64,000 bases of DNA. Origin: Octopus sinensis (taxonomy: Eukaryota). Positions 26,871 to 39,264 of this stretch are shown here, piece by piece. The notes beneath the pieces were generated by a model. It saw nothing but the letters and a program-made list of their open reading frames with translations, ran no database searches and was not told the DNA's origin. Each line of letters opens with the position of its first letter. Position 1 is the stretch's first letter. The DNA is taken from contig NC_043011.1 in NCBI RefSeq assembly GCF_006345805.1, forward strand, positions 55,936,464 through 56,000,463, written 5' to 3'. The translations under genes were made by a program, and so were the position numbers.

Positions 26871-27282
26871 CTTAATGGTAATGGTAGTCTTGTATGTGGC
26901 ATTTCTCTTGGCCTGTTTGCTTGATGTGTCTGTAAAGACTTCAGAGAGTTCTTCTTAGAAACATTCACATTTGCCGTAGACTGTCTGGTACACTACCTTC
27001 GACTTTGAGGCTTTGTGTGGGCCACAGAATGCAACAGGGTGTTCTCTTTTTTGCTATTAGTCACCAGTCTTATATTCATCGAGTGCTTTTACTGCATTCC
27101 CAATAATACTTCCTGTAGTTTATGTATTTGCACTGTTTTGTTTTGTATTAGCTATTTTTATTGTATCAAACGTGTTTATCCGTGTGTGCCAAACCTAAAA
27201 GTGTCAGTTCTTTTTATAATTCCTTTCTAGGTCATAATCTGTATAAGTCTCTCAAATAGATCTTTCTTGTCTGATAGTCATG

Positions 27283-27660
27283 TCACCTTTTGTGCTTGCA
27301 TTGTTTCAGTTTCACTAACAATGTGCTGCCACACACTCCTCTCGCTCTTCTTGCTCCCCTCATTCTGCATTTGTTGCTCTCCCTTGTTTTAGCAATTCTC
27401 TCCTTCATAAAGTTTGTCCTCAATGCTTGTTCTTGCGCCACACACACAAGTCTGCTTTTGTTTCCGTCTTTCAAGTCAATCCTCCGAATCCATAACCACC
27501 AACCTTCTGAAAATGTTGTTGCTCTTGTATCTCTCACAAACAGTCTATACCTTTTCCTTTCCTTTCTGTGCCATTTCTTCTTTTGTGTTTTCATCCTTTT
27601 TAAATATCTCTTTCTCAAAAAATAATTATCAGTTTATTATTATTTATTGTCTTTGCACAG
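27283..27660 (-). mobile_element. Degenerate RLE-type (R4/Dong-like) non-LTR retrotransposon fragment
   Basis: WLWIRRIDLK...VCVAQEQALRTNFMKERIAK...SNKCRM resembles the post-RT AQEQALRTN...KCRLC zinc-knuckle region of R4/Dong-type elements. Confidence 0.65.
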
Positions 27661-27681
27661 CTTCTAAAGCTGGAGATGTAC

Positions 27682-27682
<1 letters not shown>

Positions 27683-27716
<34 letters not shown>

Positions 27717-28138
27717 AATTATTGTATACAGTGCTCAGGTGCACCACAACTTGTCAGAGTATATGCAGTAATGTACAAATGTCTGGGAAGCGAACAGTGT
27801 ATGAGTCAGATACATGCTTGCGTGTGTATGAAGTGGAGAAAATCAAGTGTAGTGTTGGCGAATCTCAGAAAGCATGGAAGTTTTGAAGGATGCAGTGCTC
27901 CGACAACTAACAACTGATGCCGGCAGTTTGTTCCATGCTTCAGCAACTCTCAGCATGAAAAAATGTTTCCTGAAGTCATGGGAGCTGTGCTGTTTTCTGA
28001 CTTTGTAAATATGTCCACGGGTGTAAGACAGATGGAGTTTGAAAAGGTGCTCAGAGTTATTGTTTGTAAGATGGTTAATAATTTTATGGGTGTCTGCCAA
28101 GTCAGCTGCCAGACGTCGGAGTTTCAATGGGTCCATAT
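27683..28138 (-). mobile_element. 5'-truncated CR1-clade LINE, 3' end (same family as 53719-54347)
   Basis: LKLRRLAADLADTHKIINHL...RKHFFMLRVAEAWNKLP, with the same 3' UTR and (ATT)n tail as the 53.7 kb copy. Confidence 0.9.
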
Positions 28139-28146
28139 ACATACAT

Positions 28147-28662
28147 CTTACTCTTTTACTTGTTTCAGTCATTTGACTGTGGCCATGCTGGAGCACCGCC
28201 TTTAGTTGAGCAAATCGACCCCAGGTCTTATTCTTTGTAAGCCTAGTACTTATTCTATCAGTCTCTTTTGCTGAACTGGTAAGTTACGGGGACGTAAACA
28301 CACCAGCATCGGTTGTCAAGCAATGCTAGGGGGACAAACTCAGACACACAAACAAATACACACACATACATATCTATATATATACATATATACGATGGGC
28401 TTCTTTGAGGTTCCATCAACCAAATCCACTCACAATGCTGACTTGGCAGACACCCATACAATTATTAACCATCTTACAAACAATAACTCTGAGCACCTTT
28501 TCAAACTCCATCTGTCTTACACCCGTGGACATATTTACAAAGTCAGAAAACAGCACAGCTCCCATTTGGTTGGCCTGAGGCTATAGTTGAAGACACTTGT
28601 CTCAAGGTGCTATGCAGTGGGACTGAACCCGGAACCATGTGGTTGGTAAGCAAGTTAGATTG
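28147..28662 (-). mobile_element. tRNA-derived SINE, family C (CORE-like), carrying a CR1 fragment
   Basis: Similar to 34335-34710. Contains a CCTTGxGCAAGTGTCTT core-like motif on the minus strand. Confidence 0.8.
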
Positions 28663-28737
28663 TACATTCTAACTTTTATGATAATGTAATACATATTAAA
28701 TAAGATTTAGTAAACTGTGTTACGCAAACACACACAC

Positions 28738-28807
<70 letters not shown>

Positions 28808-28810
<3 letters not shown>

Positions 28811-29430
28811 TCATCCTCATTTAACGTCCGCTTTCCATGCTAGCATGGGTTGGACGGTTCAACTGGGGTCTGGGGAGCCCGAAGGCTGCACCAGGCCAGT
28901 CAGATCTGGCAGTGTTTCTACAGCTGGATGCCCTTCCTAACGCCAACCACTCCGAGAGTGTAGTGGGTGATTTTATGTGCCACCGACACAGGTGCCAGAC
29001 GAGGCTGGCGAACGGCCACGCTCGGATGGTGTTTTTTTTTTATGTGCCACCGACACAGGTGCCAGATGAGGCTGGCGAACGGCCACGCTCGGATGGTGTT
29101 TTTATGTGCCACCGACACAAGTGCCAGATGAGGCTGGCAAACGGCCACGCTCGGATGGTGTTTTTTTTTTATGTGCCACCGACACAGGTGCCAGATGAGG
29201 CTGGCGAACGGCCACGCTCGGATGGTGTTTTTATGTGCCACCGACACAGGTGCCAGATGAGGCTGGCGAACGGCCACGCTCGGATGGTGTTTTTATGTGC
29301 CACCGACACAGGTGCCAGATGAGGCTGGCGAACGGCCACGCTCGGATGGTGTTTTTTTTTTATGTGCCACCGACACAGGTGCCAGACAAGGCTGGCGAAC
29401 GGCCACGCTCGGATGGTGTTTGTTATGTGC
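28808..29430 (-). mobile_element. Family B SINE with an internal 7-unit minisatellite
   Basis: The family B 3' portion is followed by seven tandem 62/67-bp units (28977-29430). Confidence 0.85.
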
Positions 29431-29648
29431 CCGGATGGTATATATATATATATATATACATGTAGTGGGATGTGTAGTGGAATGTGATGTTGTTAATGGT
29501 TCAATATAAGTGATTGTGTGTAGCAGATGATGAGACAGGTGTGTTGGACAGACATCAAAGGAAAACAAATGAAAAAGAATAGGAATGCAGTTTTCATAAT
29601 TTATTTGGTTACATTTACAGAAAGCTTGACTTGAACAAGTATGTCACT

Positions 29649-29680
<32 letters not shown>

Positions 29681-29904
29681 ATACACACTCACACACACAC
29701 ACACACACACACACACGTGTGTGTGTGTACATACATACATATGCATATATATCATCATCATCATCATCAGTTAATGTCTGTGTTCCATGCTGGCATGGTT
29801 TGGATGGTTTGACAGAAGCTGGCAAACCAGAGGATTGCACCAAACTCTGCTGTCTACTTTAGCATGGTTTCTACAGCTGGATGACCTACCCTCATCAGCC
29901 GAAT

Positions 29905-30248
29905 GTGGATGTGACGTAGTCAAGGCCCTTGACAAAGTGGAATAAGAGATTTTATGTCACAAAGTGCATGACCTTGGTATCACTGGAAAACTAGAAAAGT
30001 GGTTGCATGACTTTTCAAAAGGCAGAAATCAGACAGTTCCAGCCAATGCTTCTCTCACCAATTCTCAGCAGAGTCCTTCAGGGAACTGTATTGGGACCAC
30101 TACAGTTTGTGGTGGATCTCTCACACATGTCCTTAGCCATACAGTCAGCCACTCTCACCAGTTCTGCTAATGATACAAAAGTATCACGGGCAGTCAAGGA
30201 CCCTGATGACATCCTAAAACTGCAGAAAGACCTGAACGCAATGTACAA
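29905..30248 (+). mobile_element. Degenerate non-LTR reverse transcriptase fragment (CR1/Jockey-like)
   Basis: Frameshifted KALDKV...LGITGKLEKWLHDF, VLQGTVLGPLQF (from VPQGxVLGPLLF) and SANDTK (from FADDTK), then LQKDLNAM. Confidence 0.8.
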
Positions 30249-30321
30249 CTACTACTGTTGCTGCTATTTATGTATGAATTATGTTGAGTGAGCTGTGACA
30301 GAAATCTGCTGCTGTTGAGCT

Positions 30322-30682
30322 GTTGAGCAAACAATCTTTGTCCCAGAGCTCGCAAGATGGGAGAAGTCTGGAATGTGGTCCTTTGCTATTTGTAAGACCC
30401 GCAGAAGAGAAAGCAGGTCAACCCTCGACACCGAGAGCATCGACAGATGGATGAATGCGCACCCAGGCTCAGCGGTTGCGTAGGAAGTTGGGGACAAGAA
30501 ACAGGAAGAAAGAGTGAGAGAAAGTTGGAGCGAAAGAGTACAACAGGGGTTGCCACCACCCCCTGCCGGAGCCTTGTGGAGCTTTAGGTATTTTCGCTCA
30601 ATAAACACACACAATGCCCGGTCTGGGAATCGAAACCGCGATCCTCTGACCGCAAGTCCGCTGCCCTAACCATTGGACCACT
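30322..30682 (-). mobile_element. tRNA-derived SINE, family A
   Basis: Reverse-complement match to 17731-18092, including its tail type. Confidence 0.85.
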
Positions 30683-31887
30683 GCTGCTACTATTGCTGTT
30701 TCTTCTCAAATATTTAATTCTTGGTCATTTTTGTTGTTGTTGCTGTTGTTAATCTCTGGAGTCTCTGTCCTGGATTCAGCTTTTGATTAAAATCATTTTA
30801 CTTCAGGGAAAACAAGTTAACAAAATGTCTTTACAAGGTCACCCAGCCTGCTAGAAATAGTAGCGAAAGGTTCCCCTAAACAACGTCACGCTGGCTTTAA
30901 AAAAGATACGATATATTTGAGACAGTCACAGGTGAAATCTCTGATTATAATTTGGTCCAAGATGGACCAAACAACATCAATTTTCAGGAAATACCTGAAT
31001 ATCACAACATAACAAACAATGCTTAGTAAAAGTCCCACTTCTACAAACTGAACGGCAGCAAAACCCCTTGAAAACCACCATGCAAACCTTGAAGAATGCT
31101 TCCATTGTAGTCCTTAAGCTTTTCTACTTTCCAAACTGCAACCAATTCTTTTGGTTCCTTGTGAAAAACAGTTTTAAACAACTTTGTGGAATATTCCTTC
31201 ATCTAAATCCTTTACTTCTTAAACACAATGCTTCAGTAGACAGGCAAAGCTGTGTGGTTAAGAGAAATTCACTTTGCAGTTACTTGGTTTCAGGTTCAAT
31301 TCCACAGCACAGCAGCACTTTGGCAAAGTCTCCAGAAGGCCCACTTGACCTGAGTTGATGGGGTATTAAACAGCTCTAGATCTTGTTTATCGATATAAAC
31401 TGTTCTTTGTTTTGCCACTGTCGGGCAAACATATCAAGGAAGTACACAGAATCTCATTAATGAGAAATAATGGTGTGAAGATGAAAACTGAGTCAAGGTT
31501 TCAATCCCTGATCAATGCTATTTCACTTCCCTTAAACGTCTAAGGTCTTTGGGGATGGATTCAATAATGTCCTTCCTCTTTTGTTGCAAAATTTGGCTTT
31601 ATACCAAAGGAGGAAAAAACCATTTTCATATTGAAAGCAAAAACAAACAAATGACCTTCGACCGATTCCTTTATTTTTTTGTTTGGCAAAAATGTCAAAA
31701 GAAACAATTATTGATTTCTTCACAGCTCAGAACTGTGTTGCCTCTCCGACACCTTTCAAAGTGTGCAAAAGACATCATAAACCAAACGGACAGAATTGCT
31801 AACTTATAAATGCAGTTGTGCCATGAATTATTAACAGGAAAATGCTTTGGGAATGTGTCATTGAAATGTCATATTCTCTGAATGGAA

Positions 31888-31898
31888 AGAGAGAGAGA

Positions 31899-31966
<68 letters not shown>
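31888..31966. repeat. (GA)n microsatellite
   Basis: Seen directly in the sequence. Confidence 0.95.
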
Positions 31967-31970
<4 letters not shown>

Positions 31971-32333
31971 TGATGATGGGAAGGAGAATATTATCTTTAA
32001 TAATTGAAATTCCATCTCCTGTCTTTCAAAGATGGTAAGTTCCTTCTTGGAGAAGACTTAATGTCCATGACCAACATTTCAGAAAGAAAGTAAAAAAAAC
32101 AAAAAAAAGACACACACAGTCAAGAATTTCGTTACGTTGCTTCTTCTAATTATTTGATTTCTAATAAGGACAGAAAAGACAGCAATTTTGAAAGTTGAGT
32201 TAATGGTTTGTTTTTAACTGACTTCAGTTATTAGATTGCAGTCAAGCAGGACCAGTCTTCAAGTGTTTTAGAAAGACACACACATGAATATAATGATTTG
32301 TGGCCATTCACCAAAATGGGATAAATTACAGAA

Positions 32334-32751
32334 GGATCTTTTCGGTTTGAACGGCAGTTTTTTCTAGCGGTGTCATATGAAATTGTCACCCATAATTATG
32401 ACCCCAGTATCGATCTATTGCATTTCAATCTGTTTTAGGGTTAGGGTTAGGGCTGGGGGGAAGAGTATCTTTTTTTACTTCAGAAATGTAAATAAACCCA
32501 ATCTGTTTCTTAAATGAGACATATTCATACGGCACAGAATGTTTTTTACCTCAATAGACATCAGTGATTGGTTGAAATTGCAGAAATTGAAGGAAAAAAA
32601 ACCAACAAATATCTTACAAACTATAGAATTTTCTCAATAAAGCCAAGAGAAAAAGATGTTTTATAAATACATTCTACCAGTATACGAAGTTTAAAATTTT
32701 TTAGTTACCTAGAAATTATGTTAAAAACTGCCGTTCAAACCGAAAAGATCC
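32334..32751. mobile_element. MITE with 28-bp TIRs and 8-bp TSD (Merlin- or hAT-like)
   Basis: Perfect TIR GGATCTTTTCGGTTTGAACGGCAGTTTT ... AAAACTGCCGTTCAAACCGAAAAGATCC. TTACAGAA is duplicated at 32326-32333 and 32752-32759. Confidence 0.9.
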
Positions 32752-34334
32752 TTACAGAACTCTAAACACAAAAAATGTCTTCTTTAGTCTAAAATTCAAA
32801 GTGAATGGCTACGAAATGTCATCACTCCGACTTTCCCCATCGCCATTTGTTCAGCTGACAAATTAGTTCAGAGCCTTTTAAAGTATTGGATTTTATTTGA
32901 ATTAATAAATTATATGTGACAGAATCTCTCAAATCTAGAAACCATTAATTAAGCATTATCTTAGCATAATAAGATTATCCATGAAGTCAATCAAACAATA
33001 TTCATAAACATAATCTCCATAAACAACGAACCCCAAAACATGTCCAAACTCAAAAAAAACGTTTAGGTTTATATTTTTTAGAAAGTCATGTCGACATTAT
33101 TTTATTCAATGCTTGTTTGTGCTCATGTTCTCTGTTATGCCATCTCTTAACACTTTTATTAAATTCTACTTATAGAAGCCAATGTAGTATAAGAGAGATT
33201 CTTCTAAAATGTTTCTGTTGCTGTTTCAATCCTTATTTGAAGACAATTGCCACTTTGAAACGAACAGTTTTCCCTCAGAATTGATTGGAAATCATGGAGG
33301 CTTGTAATTAATCAAAGGAATACAGTTCAATCTGTTGCTTTGCCTTGTTCTCGGTCATGAAAAGTGGGCAGGTCCTGCTGTATATCTATCCATGGTCAAT
33401 GAAAAGCACACTGCCCCAGGCAGACAGAGTTTCGTTTAGTTGTTCTTCTGGGGGCACACTCAAGCCTCTCCTCAAGATGCCAAGGTATGTTGCATTTTTC
33501 CATGGTTGTTCTTTGAAAAATTCTTCAAGCAAAGTAACACATTCAATTGTGACTGGATTGTACCCATGTCTACATGTATGTCAAGCAATGTCAGCAAAAC
33601 AGCTTCTATTGTCACCAACATTATGTATGTGTGGCTGTTGTTGCCAAACTTATCCTTTGAGATGTTGAAAGTACCACACTAATTACAACACACAATTGTC
33701 CCTTCCCAGAATGACACCCCTCGAAAATTCCTTTAGAAAATCAGTATTAATGCTTAAGGGATTTGAAAGATATTTTGTTATATACAAATTTTTCCCCCCC
33801 AATTTTCTTTTTTCATAACATCCACTTTTCCAAGCTTGCATAGGTCAGGTAGAATTTCTGGTGCCAGCCTCACCAGTTCCCAAGCATGGCAATATTTCCT
33901 CCTGACTGGAATATGTTTTCACAAAAGATTTGCAACAAAGGACACTGCTTGTGTGATGAGGACATGTTTTTGTAATTATCAAACAATTTCAAATGGAGAC
34001 ATTAAGACACACTCACAATGGGCTTCTTTCAGTTTCCATCCAACAATTTGTCTCACAAAGCTTTAGTTGACCCAGAGCTTTAGGAGAAGACACATGCTCA
34101 AGGTGCTATACAGGGTTGAAATGAAAACCATGTGATTGGAAAGTTAACTCCTCAACCACATAGCTATACCTCGCATGTCAATAATTAATGTAATAGTAAC
34201 CAGGTTTCATTGAAATCTGAACTTGGATCACTGGATTCAAAAGTCCAGTGTGTCAACCACTACACCATGAAACAAAGAACAAATATGATCCATAAAATAG
34301 AACAAGCAATAATTCTCTATATTTTTTTCCCTGT

Positions 34335-34710
34335 ATGTTTTACTTGTTTCAGTTATTTGACTGTGGCCATGCTGGAGCACCGCCTATCAGTCAAGCAAAT
34401 TGACCCCAGGACTTATTCTTTGTAAGCCTAGTACTTATTCTATCGGTCTCTTTTGCTGAACCACTAAGTTACGGGGACGTAAACACACCAGCATCGGTTG
34501 TCAAGTGATTTTGGGGGGACAAACACAGACACACACACCCACACATATATATGATGGGCTTCTTTCAGTTTCCGTCTACCAAATCCATTCACAAGGCTTT
34601 GGTCGGCCTGAGACTATAGTAGAAGACACTTGCCCAAGGTGCCACGCAGTGGGACTGAACCCGGAACCATGTGGTCAGTAAGTAAGCTACTTACAACACA
34701 GCCACTCCTA
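34335..34710 (-). mobile_element. tRNA-derived SINE, family C
   Basis: Minus-strand head GGAGTGGCTGTGT..GGTTCCGGGTTCAGTCCC, then CCTTGGGCAAGTGTCTT. More degenerate copies lie at ~17288-17455, 51440-51680 and 63035-63262. Confidence 0.85.
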
Positions 34711-35150
34711 CGTATGCTTAACTTTCAAATACAATTTTTTTAAAACTTCAAATTGCACCATTAATTTTCTTTTTATCAGATCTCTGGTGCAACATAAAGT
34801 CCAAAAGAAATGAGAAATGCCAAAAACAAAAGAAGTCAAGTGGAGCAGGTTTCCTAAAGGTTTAGGTATGGAACAAAGGTATTTGTAATTTGGAGACTGG
34901 GTTGTTCCTTTCCTTCACTCTGTGTTTATGACTTGCTATTTCCAGCAAGATGGAAAACTTATGAAAAACAGAAAAAAAATCTCCCTCAAACCACATCCTA
35001 TCATATTAACAAAGGAAGGAGACATTTGATCATAAGTTTGCTTAATCAGGCCACACTCAAGACTAACCAATAACCATCTAGAAACTTCCTGTTCTAAACA
35101 AAGTTAAAACTACATCAAATGCTTGACTTTCTCTTTGGCTTTAATAAATA

Positions 35151-35542
35151 CTAGCAGTATCACCTGGCGTTGCTCGGGTTTGTTTCGACCCTTTAGAATT
35201 GGAATTTTTGAAAAGTAAAAATTTTGCATTATGTAGCTTGTTATTCTCTTTAAGTGAACATTTTTCTGGTTGAAATACACCGAAAAATGGCGACACAGTA
35301 GTAAAAAAATCGTAAAAAATAGGGATTTTCATATAAAAAAAAAAAGCACCTTTTTGATGTAAATAATTTTTGGTCTTAACATGATCCAATTTGAATTTTA
35401 TCTTCTACGGAATGAAGAGCAAGCCTTCTTCTACCATATTCTCAATTTTGGTCAACTTGCACCGCAGGGTCTCGGAGGAGATAGTGTTAGTTGAAGGCTA
35501 CCAAACCTGCCACACAGACAACTTCAGCTTTATATATATAGA
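35151..35542 (-). mobile_element. Non-autonomous Helitron (392 bp)
   Basis: Minus strand begins A|TCTATATATA and ends with subterminal hairpin CCCGAGCAACGCCAGG, then CTAG|T. This gives a 5' TC, a 3' CTAG and an AT target site with no TSD. Confidence 0.85.
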
Positions 35543-37050
35543 TTTCATTTCTGAATGACTATTGTCTCTCTATATAAGCAGAACAGTCTCCAGACCAGAC
35601 ATCTCTTCTCATATCTGGAATATCCCACATTTCAATAATTTTATATCCTAAACTATTACCAGAACAAACAACTTCTCCCAAACAATATTCATTGAGCTCC
35701 ATCACCAGCAAGTGAAACACTGACTTCTCCTCATACTCTTACATCTGCTCTCAGCCTCTTCTTTCGCTGCTATAACAGCTGTTTCTCTTTGCAACATCAA
35801 AAAAACTCAGCTATAATGTCTTTATATTTTTATCACCCAAATATTAGGCTCTAAGAACTGGTTTCATACAAAATTCCTTTTGCCCCAATGTGCTCAAACA
35901 ATGCATTAAACCCTAATCTTTCAAGTTCCATAGCAAACCACAACCCTTCTGTTCTAAGCAGTTCTCCAAAAATTTACCAATTTCCAATTGTTTACAAATG
36001 ACTAATAAATAAATACTGATATACGATAAGTAGCTTTCGTTCCTTTTTCTATGCTGGCATGGGTTGAACAGATCAAAAAGGACAAGCCAGAGGGCTCTGC
36101 TAGGTCCCATGTCTGTCTTGGTATGATTTCTATGGCTGAATGTCCTTCCTAATGCCAACTGCACATCGGATCTGGAAACTGGACCATCAGGCTCTGAGCA
36201 AGGATTTTCTTCTTTTGGAAACTTAAAAATAAATAAAAAGAGCCCACCCTGAGATTGTTTTTAAACCTATACTCGTTTAAAAAAATGACAAATGATAATA
36301 AAAGATTCTACTTCAAGAAACCAAAAACAAAACAAAGACTGTTTGATGTTTATGTTGCAAAATTTTTAATTTTGAAGCAAAGTTTAATTTCTTTGTAGAG
36401 GATTTATATTATACATACATATATGTATGTATGTAGGTATACATATGTATGTGTGTATGATTGTGTACACACAAACACACACATATATATATAGCATTGA
36501 ATGCCTACATCATACAAGCATTTATTTGTATATGTATAGATGTAAGCATTTATATCTACATGTGTGTGTGTTTGTGTATAGTAAATTATGAGAAGTTCCA
36601 AATTATTCTCATGAAAGAGATGGACTATAATACAATGATGTTGTTACGTTTAAAACAAATCAGAAAGTCCACAGGAAGATCTTACAGTTTACAAATGTGT
36701 TGAGTTATACAAAACAGCTGGAATTGGTGTCAGATGACAAAGTGACTTTGTCATTAAGCAAAGGACAAAAAAAAAAAAAAAACTGGAAAGCAGTCAGAGG
36801 CCATCGTCTCAGGCTTACTTTCTGAAAAATTCATTTTTCACGTACAATTTGTTTTATGAGTCACTTGAAAATAACAATGAAAAAGTTGGAGAATTGCTGG
36901 TGAATGTATGTTAGATGTGTCACTGAGGATTGGAGGAAACGGAGAGTCTTTGAGCGCTTCGTTCCAGTAGCTGTGTAAGATTCCAGTTCAGGCTGACGAA
37001 CAGAGGAAGTGTCTTGACCAACACGGGTTGACGTTTCTAACCACCTGATA

Positions 37051-37063
37051 TCATAATTTATCT
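37051..37063 (-). CDS. HMG20A: Probable terminal coding exon of HMG20 (adds GDKL*)
   Basis: Acceptor attattatattttcag|A GAT AAA TTA TGA is phase-compatible with the phase-2 donor at 47812. It is followed by unique, UTR-like sequence. Alternative acceptors exist (see findings). Confidence 0.55.
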
Positions 37064-39264
37064 CTGAAAATATAATAATTAATATTTCTAAATAGTCAAA
37101 AATATAAAATAATTCCATAACAATAAAAAAAAATCTGTAATTACAAAAAAATATGAATGCTGAAACTGAATAAAAGAAAATTAAAGAACATCTCAAGAAT
37201 AAAAAAAAAGAAAAAAAAAAGGATTTTCACCATTTGTCATTTGAATAGCTTGAGGATCCCTCCACTTGTGGGTTACCAACCTGCCCCTAATTGCCCAGGT
37301 TAAAGTGGTTCCATTTAATTAAAAATGTGACATATCTTGCTGAACCACCCTAATCATTTCATTAGTGGTTTCGATATGAAAATTCCATCAGAACTTTCCA
37401 TTATGTTTCAGGTTCAAGCATCACCTTATATCATTATGTAAAAAAAAAGATACTTTACAAAACTTATTCAAATTCTTAATTATTGTCAAATTAACTGAAA
37501 TACATAAGTACGTTGATTCGTTAGAATTATGATCATTTAAGGGTTAAGCAATATGATTAAGCTCAATATTATAGAATTGCTATATTAAGCTTGATAGATT
37601 ACAGATTAGATAACTGCGCTGAAAAGCCTTTAACATGTAGATTATTGTGTTGCTATTATTTCGGAATCAGAACTGACACCAACCTCAACCATCTACTTTG
37701 CTACACCTTCAAGAAGCATAGAAACAAACACAAACAAAACCAAGCAATAAAAACAACAAAGGACAAACTGAAGGTTTCTACAATTGAAGCCATTTCATTA
37801 AAACAATTTCAAATTAGAAACAGAAATCAAGAGGAACAAAAATGAAAAAGAAAAAAAAACAAATTAAATTGAAGCCAAATTTAGTATAAAGTTAATTAAA
37901 CAAAACTTGCATTCCTTGGCTAGTTGGCGTGAATGGAAGAAGAACAACACTAACAGTTTCTGCTGGTCATAAATAGTTAGCAAAGCCGAGACTCATTGAT
38001 ATTTTGGTTATCATCAGCAAAAAAAAATACAGTCAGAATTTCATTCAAAACACAAATTAGGAAGAAATTAAAAATGTTTTTATTTGCAACAGATTTTTTT
38101 TCTCAAACATAGAACGTTATTTAAACATGGGGTTTGAATGATTCTGAAGTTTAAAGATCCATAACTTACCTTGTATAACAAATGAAGTCTTGAAATCTGA
38201 ATAATGGATAGGGTTCAACAATTGAGAACAGTTGCAGAAAAAAAAATAGTGAAAATAAAAATGTAACTGAAGGTTATGATTATCTTGTAATATGGATATG
38301 ACAAATGAACGCAGAAGAAACTGTATGGTCAGATTATTAGAAATACTCCTAAAAGAAGGAAAATGAGTATTAATTTGAATCATGAAACAGAACCGAAAAC
38401 CAGTCATTTGGCCCAACACAAAATCAAATAAAATCATTGATTGAAAATCAGAACAGAAAAAACCCCCAAGAAACAAACAAAAAGAAAGCTGTGCACATGG
38501 AGCATGCTGCCCTTCAAGTGAGATCTGTTTTTGATATTTGACTGGACATCAATGATAACAGAATCCAGTTTTGAGTGCAAGCAAGACACACTCGAAATTG
38601 GGGAAAAAAAGTAAAAAATTAATAAATGAAGAATGCCAGAGCAAACAAGTGAGACCATTGGGGGAAAAGCAACGGTATCTTTAAATCCTTAAAACTGTTT
38701 TAGCCCGAAGGCCGCGGCCATGCTGGGGCACCACAAAAAAAAAAAAAAACAAACATTAAATGACTGGAACAACAACAACAAAAATACTGTTAAGATGAAT
38801 GCAGGACGGCAGCGGATTAGAGAGAAGATATGACTTCATTCTGTTAGTAAACAAATGACTTCCACAATTAATGAGTTGGGATACATCAATAAAAACAAAA
38901 AAGAAGAAGAAGCAAAAAGTGTGTGGGAAGTGGCAGTGATTCTAAGTCATCTGAAATAAAGCATCATTGTTCATGCTGAACACAGAATATCTTTATTGGT
39001 CTTTGATGCATTTTTTTTTTTTACGAAAACTGAAGTCAAAAGCTTCACAGATCAAACATGCATCATTCTGTTATAGAAAATAGCATATGAGCTACAAAAT
39101 AGATAAATAAAATAAACAAAAAGCCAACAAATTGAATGGGAAAAAAAACTACAAATCAGAAAACCAAAGAACTCAAGACTTCTTCAATATTGAAATAATT
39201 AAAAAAAGAGAGATCTGCTCCATCAAGATGCTTACAAGCCATTTATTGATAAAATTTGGCACAA

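Noticed and set aside
28837-29322. Recurring ORFs containing LQLDALPNANHS
   Set aside because: These are translations of the family B SINE, found at many loci in both orientations, and are not a protein family.
28977-29430. CRISPR-like array
   Set aside because: The units are contiguous near-identical repeats without unique spacers, lie inside a SINE, and have no cas genes nearby in a eukaryotic context.
32435-32452. Telomere or chromosome-fusion relic
   Set aside because: There are only three TTAGGG units, and they are internal to a TIR/TSD-bounded MITE.
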